This document shows positions 27,589-32,000 of a stretch of 32,000 nucleotides of DNA, piece after piece. The stretch covers positions 870,001 through 902,000 of the forward strand of contig NC_009664.2 in assembly GCF_000017305.1 (NCBI RefSeq), read 5' to 3'. Position 1 is the first letter of the stretch, and each line of letters opens with the position of its first letter. This stretch comes from Kineococcus radiotolerans SRS30216 = ATCC BAA-149 (lineage in GTDB: Bacteria; Actinomycetota; Actinomycetes; Actinomycetales; Kineococcaceae). Position numbers and translations under genes: made by a program. The notes below the pieces were generated by a model. The model was not told the DNA's origin. It did not search any database and was given only the letters and a program-made list of their open reading frames with translations.

Positions 27589-30500
27589 TCAGTAGACGTC
27601 GCGGACGTAGCGCTTCGCGGCCACCATCTCCCGGACGTGCAGGGCGGCGTCCTCCTCGCTCATGCCCCCGTGCTCGGCCACCACCCGGCGCAGGGCGGCG
27701 TCGACGTCCTTGGCCATCCGGGAGGCGTCGCCGCAGACGTAGACGTGGGCGCCGTCGGCGATCCAGCGCCACAGCTGGGCTCCGTGGGCCAGGACGCGGT
27801 CCTGCACGTAGACCTTCTCGGGCTGGTCGCGGGAGAAGGCGAGGCTGAGGCGGGTGAGGAACCCCTCGTCGCGCCAGCCCTCGAACTCCTCCCGGTAGTA
27901 CCAGTCGGTGGCCGAGCTGCGCTCGCCGAAGAACAGCCAGTTGGGGCCACCGGCCCCGTGCGCCCGCCGGTGCTGCAGGAACGCGCGGAAGGGCGCCACG
28001 CCGGTGCCCGGCCCGATCATCACCACCGGCACGTCGGGGTCGGCCGGGGGCCGGAAGGCCGGCGCGGGCTGCACGAAGACCCGCACCTCTTTCCCCGCGG
28101 CCCGGTCGGCGAGGAAGGTGGAGCAGACCCCCTGCCGCAGCGGGTCCCCGAAGCGGACCGTCGAGACGGTGAGCTGGACCTCGCCGGGGTGGGCCTCGGG
28201 CGCGGAGGAGATCGAGTACTGCCGCGGCTGGAGGGGTTTGAGCAGGTTGAGCCACTCCGCGGGCTCGGCGTGGGCGGGGAACTGCCGGAGCACGTCGAGG
28301 GTCTGGCGCTCCCGGGCCCACTCCGCGGTGCGCGCCGGGCCCTCGGCGAGGACCCGGGCCAGCCCCTCCTCCCGCGAGCGCTGCGCGACGAACCGGAGCA
28401 GGTCCGGGGCGGGGCGGGTGAGGTCCAGCGCGGTCAGGGCCGCGGGGTCGACACCGGTCGCGGCGGCGAACGCCTCGACGACGGCGGGGTCGTTCTCGGG
28501 CCAGACGCCCAGGGAGTCCCCGGCGTGGTGCTCCAGGCCGCCGTCGCGGGCCAGCCCGATCTGGCGGACCTCCTTCGTCGAGCCCGCGGCGTTGAGCCGG
28601 ACGTTGCGCACCAGCCGGCTGCGGTAGGGGTCCTTGCGGGTGGGCCGGGTGGGGGCCAAGCGCGGGGCGGGGACCAGCGCGGTGGAAGGCGAGGGGGCGG
28701 TCGACGCGGCGGGGGCCGTGGGGGTGGGCGAGCGGCGGGCCAGCAGGTCGAGGACGCGGGCGCTCCACTCCGCGGCGCGCTGGTCCTCCCCCGGTTCGCA
28801 CTCCACGCGGTCCAGCAGCCGCTGCGCGCCGAGCTCGGCCAGGCGCTCGTCGAGGCGGCGGCCGTGGCCGCAGAAGTCGGCGTAGCTGGAGTCGCCGAGC
28901 GCGAGCACCGCGAAACCGCGCCCCTCCAGGCGGGGGGCGGCGGGCCCGGACAGCGCGTCCCAGAACGACTCCCCGTTGTCCGGCGGGCCCCCGTCCCCGA
29001 AGGTGCTGGACACCAGCAGCGTGGTCGTCGCCGCGCCGAGCCGCTCCGGGGTCACCTCGTCCATCCCGAACACCCCGACGCGGACCCCGGCGGCCTCCAG
29101 CGCGGCGGCGGCGGAGCGGGCGTGCTCCTCCGCCCCCCCGGTCTGGGAGGCCCAGAGCACGAGGACGTCGGGCGCCGGCGCGGGCTCGGCGGAACCCACG
29201 GATCCCGCGGATACCGCCGGTGCCGGGGAGGCGAACGTCCCGGCCAGGAACCCCTCCACCCAGGCCCGGTCGCCGTCGGCGAAGGGCGCGGAGGCCGGCA
29301 GCACCGGCACGAAGCCCGGGGCCTCCCCCAGGGCGTGCAGGAACCCGTCCAGGTAGCGGGTCTGCCGCTCGTCGAGGACGGGCGGACCGCCCCGGCCCAC
29401 GGTGGCGGGGAGGGCGGGAGCGGCGGGGACGGCGGCCTCGACCCGGGTGAGCTGCACGGCGCACACCTTGAACTCCGGCTGGAAGCTCTCCGGGTCCACC
29501 GCGTCGTGGGTGACGGCGTTGACCGCCAGGTCCTCCCCGAACGCGTCGTTCCAGTGGAAGGGCGCGAAGCAGCACCCGGGCAGGACGCGGTCGGTGACGA
29601 CGGCCGGGAGCACCACCCGCCCCCGGCGGGAGACCACCTCGACCCGGTCGCCCTCCGCGACCCCCAGCCGGGCGGCGTCCTCGGGGTTCACCTCCAGGAA
29701 CGGCCCGGGGTTCAGCTTCTCCAGCTTCGCCACCTTCCCCGTCTTGGTGCGGGTGTGCCACTGGTGCTGCACGCGGCCGGTGTTGAGGACGAACGGGTGC
29801 TCGTCGTCGGGCAGCTCCGCGGCCGGGACGAAGGGCCGGGGCCAGAACACCGCCCGCCCCGACGGGGTGGGGAAGGCCAGCGGCGGCACCGTCCCGTCCT
29901 CGCGCACCAGGAGGTCCTGGCTGACCCCGTCGTTGAGGTAGCGCACGGGGTGGCGGTCCACGCCGTCGCCCGGGGGCGCGGGCCACTGCACGGGACCGGA
30001 GCGCAGCCGCTCGTGGTCCACCCCGCGCAGGTCGTAGCCGGTGCGCGGGTTGGAGAAGCGGCGGATCTCCTCGAACACGTCCGCGGCGCACCCGTAGGCG
30101 AAGTGGTCGCCGAAGCCGAGGGCGCGGGCGACGTCGGCGATGAGCTGCCAGTCCGGGCGGGCGTCACCCACGGGGTCGGCCGCCTGCGGCAGCAGCGTCA
30201 TGGTCCGCTCGGAGTTGACGCTCACCTGGTCCGACTCCGCCCACAGCGCCGCCGGCAGCAGGACGTCGGCGAAGGCGGTGGTCTCGGTCTCGGCGAAGGC
30301 GTCCTGCACCACGACGAACTCGCAGCGCCGCAGCGCCTCCACGACCGTGGACCGGTTGGCGACCGAGGCGACGGGGTTGGTGCAGATGATCCAGCAGGCC
30401 TTCACCTCCCCGGCCGCCATCCGGGAGAACAGGTCGATCGTCCCCGTCCCGACGTCGGTCCGCAGCGTGCCCGGTTCCAGCCCCCACACGCTCTCGGTGA

Positions 30501-31617
30501 AGTCCCGGTCGCGGGGGTCCAGCACCGAGCGCTGCCCCGGCAGCCCCGGGCCCATGTAGCCCATCTCCCGCCCGCCCATGGCGTTGGGCTGACCGGTGAG
30601 CGAGAACGGGCCGCTGCCCCGGCGGCAGATCGCCCCGGTGGCCAGGTGCAGGTTCACCAGCGCGTTGGTGTTCCAGGTGCCGTGGACGCTCTGGTTCAGC
30701 CCCATCGTCCAGCAGCTCATCCACTCCCCCGCCCCGGCGATGAGGTCCGCGGCGGCGCGCAGGTCGGCCTCGGCGACGCCGGTGAGCTCGCTCACCCGGG
30801 CCGGCGGGTGGTCGGCGACGACCCCGGCCATCCCCTCCCAGCCGGTGGTGGCGGTGGCGATGAACTCCTCGTCGACGGCGCCGGCCTCCACCAGCAGGTG
30901 CAGCAGCCCGTTGAGCAGCGCCAGGTCGGTGCCCGGGCGCACCTGCAGGAAGAGGTCGGCGGCCTCGGCGGTGGCCGTCCGGCGCGGGTCGACCACGATG
31001 AGCTTGGCCCCCGCCCGGACGCGGTCCATCATCCGCAGGAAGAGGATCGGGTGGCAGTCGGCGGTGTTGGAGCCGATGACGAGGAACACGTCGGCGTGGT
31101 CGAAGTCCTCGTAGGACCCCGGCGGGCCGTCCGAGCCCAGCGACTGCTTGTAGCCCGTCCCCGCGCTGGCCATGCACAGGCGCGAGTTCGACTCGATCTG
31201 GTTGGTCCGCAGGAAGCCCTTGGTGAGCTTGTTCGCCAGGTACTGCGCCTCCACCGACATCTGCCCCGAGACGTAGACGGCGACGGCGTCCGGGCCGTGC
31301 TCGGCCACGACCTCGGCGAAGCGCTGCGCCACCGTCCCCACGGCGTCGCGGACCGGGGCGGGGCGGGGCTCGCCGCCGCGGGTCTCGCGCACCGCGGCCT
31401 GCTGCAGCCGGCCCGGGGCGGCCATGAAGTCCGCGCTGGTGGCGCCCTTGGTGCACAGCCGCCCCGCGTTGGCCGGGTGCTGCCGGTCCCCGGTGACCCC
31501 GGCGACCCGGCGGCGCCCGGTCTCGGGGTCGGTCACCACGTCCAGGAGCACCCCGCAGCCGACCCCGCAGTAGGAGCAGGCGCTGCGCACGCGGGCGGGG
31601 GTCTCGGGAGCGGTCAC
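27589..31617 (-). CDS. nasN: assimilatory nitrate reductase fused to a CysJ-like diflavin (FMN/FAD/NADPH) reductase, NasN-type
   Basis: The N-terminus has a 4Fe-4S motif (CSYCGVGCG...C) and molybdopterin oxidoreductase plus MoCo-dinucleotide-binding domains. The C-terminal half has a flavodoxin-like region ([27 protein letters not shown]), the FAD motif RQYSISS, the NADPH motif [16 protein letters not shown] and a C-terminal YVCGD...RYVRDVY. The start is GTG 31617 or TTG 31629; the longer ORF-track N-terminus is not protein-like. Confidence 0.9.
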   Translation of the reverse strand: MTAPETPARVRSACSYCGVGCGVLLDVVTDPETGRRRVAGVTGDRQHPANAGRLCTKGATSADFMAAPGRLQQAAVRETRGGEPRPAPVRDAVGTVAQRFAEVVAEHGPDAVAVYVSGQMSVEAQYLANKLTKGFLRTNQIESNSRLCMASAGTGYKQSLGSDGPPGSYEDFDHADVFLVIGSNTADCHPILFLRMMDRVRAGAKLIVVDPRRTATAEAADLFLQVRPGTDLALLNGLLHLLVEAGAVDEEFIATATTGWEGMAGVVADHPPARVSELTGVAEADLRAAADLIAGAGEWMSCWTMGLNQSVHGTWNTNALVNLHLATGAICRRGSGPFSLTGQPNAMGGREMGYMGPGLPGQRSVLDPRDRDFTESVWGLEPGTLRTDVGTGTIDLFSRMAAGEVKACWIICTNPVASVANRSTVVEALRRCEFVVVQDAFAETETTAFADVLLPAALWAESDQVSVNSERTMTLLPQAADPVGDARPDWQLIADVARALGFGDHFAYGCAADVFEEIRRFSNPRTGYDLRGVDHERLRSGPVQWPAPPGDGVDRHPVRYLNDGVSQDLLVREDGTVPPLAFPTPSGRAVFWPRPFVPAAELPDDEHPFVLNTGRVQHQWHTRTKTGKVAKLEKLNPGPFLEVNPEDAARLGVAEGDRVEVVSRRGRVVLPAVVTDRVLPGCCFAPFHWNDAFGEDLAVNAVTHDAVDPESFQPEFKVCAVQLTRVEAAVPAAPALPATVGRGGPPVLDERQTRYLDGFLHALGEAPGFVPVLPASAPFADGDRAWVEGFLAGTFASPAPAVSAGSVGSAEPAPAPDVLVLWASQTGGAEEHARSAAAALEAAGVRVGVFGMDEVTPERLGAATTTLLVSSTFGDGGPPDNGESFWDALSGPAAPRLEGRGFAVLALGDSSYADFCGHGRRLDERLAELGAQRLLDRVECEPGEDQRAAEWSARVLDLLARRSPTPTAPAASTAPSPSTALVPAPRLAPTRPTRKDPYRSRLVRNVRLNAAGSTKEVRQIGLARDGGLEHHAGDSLGVWPENDPAVVEAFAAATGVDPAALTALDLTRPAPDLLRFVAQRSREEGLARVLAEGPARTAEWARERQTLDVLRQFPAHAEPAEWLNLLKPLQPRQYSISSAPEAHPGEVQLTVSTVRFGDPLRQGVCSTFLADRAAGKEVRVFVQPAPAFRPPADPDVPVVMIGPGTGVAPFRAFLQHRRAHGAGGPNWLFFGERSSATDWYYREEFEGWRDEGFLTRLSLAFSRDQPEKVYVQDRVLAHGAQLWRWIADGAHVYVCGDASRMAKDVDAALRRVVAEHGGMSEEDAALHVREMVAAKRYVRDVY

Positions 31618-31716
31618 GGAGGGAGTCAACGCGCTCGCCGTTGCCCGGTGGTTACCCCCGTGTTGCGACCGTGGTGCGCTCTCCTCACAGCGGCGGGCCG
31701 GTCCGGTGAGGACAAC

Positions 31717-31754
31717 GTCACGCAGGTGCAACGGCGCACGCGACCGGCTGTAAC
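31717..31754 (+). promoter_or_regulatory. candidate GlnR boxes in the nasN-narK divergent region
   Basis: GTCAC-n6-GCAAC (31717-31732) is followed by GCGAC-n5-GTAAC (31740-31754). The 38-nt span equals that of a double a/b-site GlnR box (gTnAC-n6-GaAAC twice). A TAGCTT -10-like hexamer lies at 31765-31770. Confidence 0.4.
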
Positions 31755-31815
31755 GCGGCCTGCCTAGCTTCGTCGCCGAAGCGCAGTCCACCCCTGGCCC
31801 CGAAGGGACCCCGCG

Positions 31816-32000
31816 ATGGCCGTCACCAACGACCGCACCGGCTCGGCCGGCCCGCACCTCGCCGTCGGCACGATCCCCGCCCCCCGCGCCGGCCGCTGGG
31901 TGGACCACTACGACCCCGAGGACCAGGAGCAGTGGCGGACCACCGGGCGCCGCGCGGCCAAGCGCAACCTGTGGCTGTCCATCTTCGCGGAGTTCCTCGG
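31816..32000 (+). CDS. narK: nitrate/nitrite transporter (MFS, NarK family), 5' fragment running off the window
   Basis: ATG 31816 lies 7 nt after GAAGGGA. The translation [62 protein letters not shown] carries the NarK N-terminal W..PED..W...G...A.RNL..SI pattern. It is absent from the ORF track because no stop falls in the window. Confidence 0.75.
   Translation, partial: MAVTNDRTGSAGPHLAVGTIPAPRAGRWVDHYDPEDQEQWRTTGRRAAKRNLWLSIFAEFL

Overview
This is a high-GC, densely coding actinobacterial-type chromosomal window. I saw no tRNA, rRNA, CRISPR array, transposase or integrase. All calls rest on reading the translations, motifs and DNA by eye; no searches were run.

The backbone is a branched-chain amino acid neighbourhood. 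On the minus strand it runs gltX, an FAH-family gene, ilvE and leuB on the left. On the right it runs ilvC-ilvN-ilvB, preceded by a 12-codon leader peptide and a hairpin plus U-tract attenuator, and then ilvD.

Between leuB and ilvC lie about 13.7 kb of accessory genes:
- a NarL-type two-component system, followed by a MacB/FtsX-type ABC exporter, an MhuD-like heme-degrading monooxygenase and a short alpha/beta-hydrolase-like protein
- a SAM-I (S-box) riboswitch driving metY and a DszA/NtaA-type flavin monooxygenase
- a DUF2256/DUF3253 zinc-ribbon protein with a downstream hypothetical gene, and wrbA
- a tightly coupled cassette encoding a 76-aa hyper-acidic repeat peptide, a JmjC/cupin-4 oxygenase and a Suc_Fer/Apd1-like thioredoxin-fold iron-sulfur protein

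The right-hand end carries a fused Gfo/Idh/MocA-aldo/keto reductase gene with a LacI-family regulator and a perfect 14-bp palindromic operator. It also carries a roughly 1340-aa NasN-type nitrate reductase fused to a diflavin reductase, candidate GlnR boxes, and the 5' end of narK.

The best candidate for something undescribed is the acidic-peptide/JmjC/Suc_Fer cassette at 16579-19005. Its third gene has no canonical start codon for its clearly coding N-terminus.
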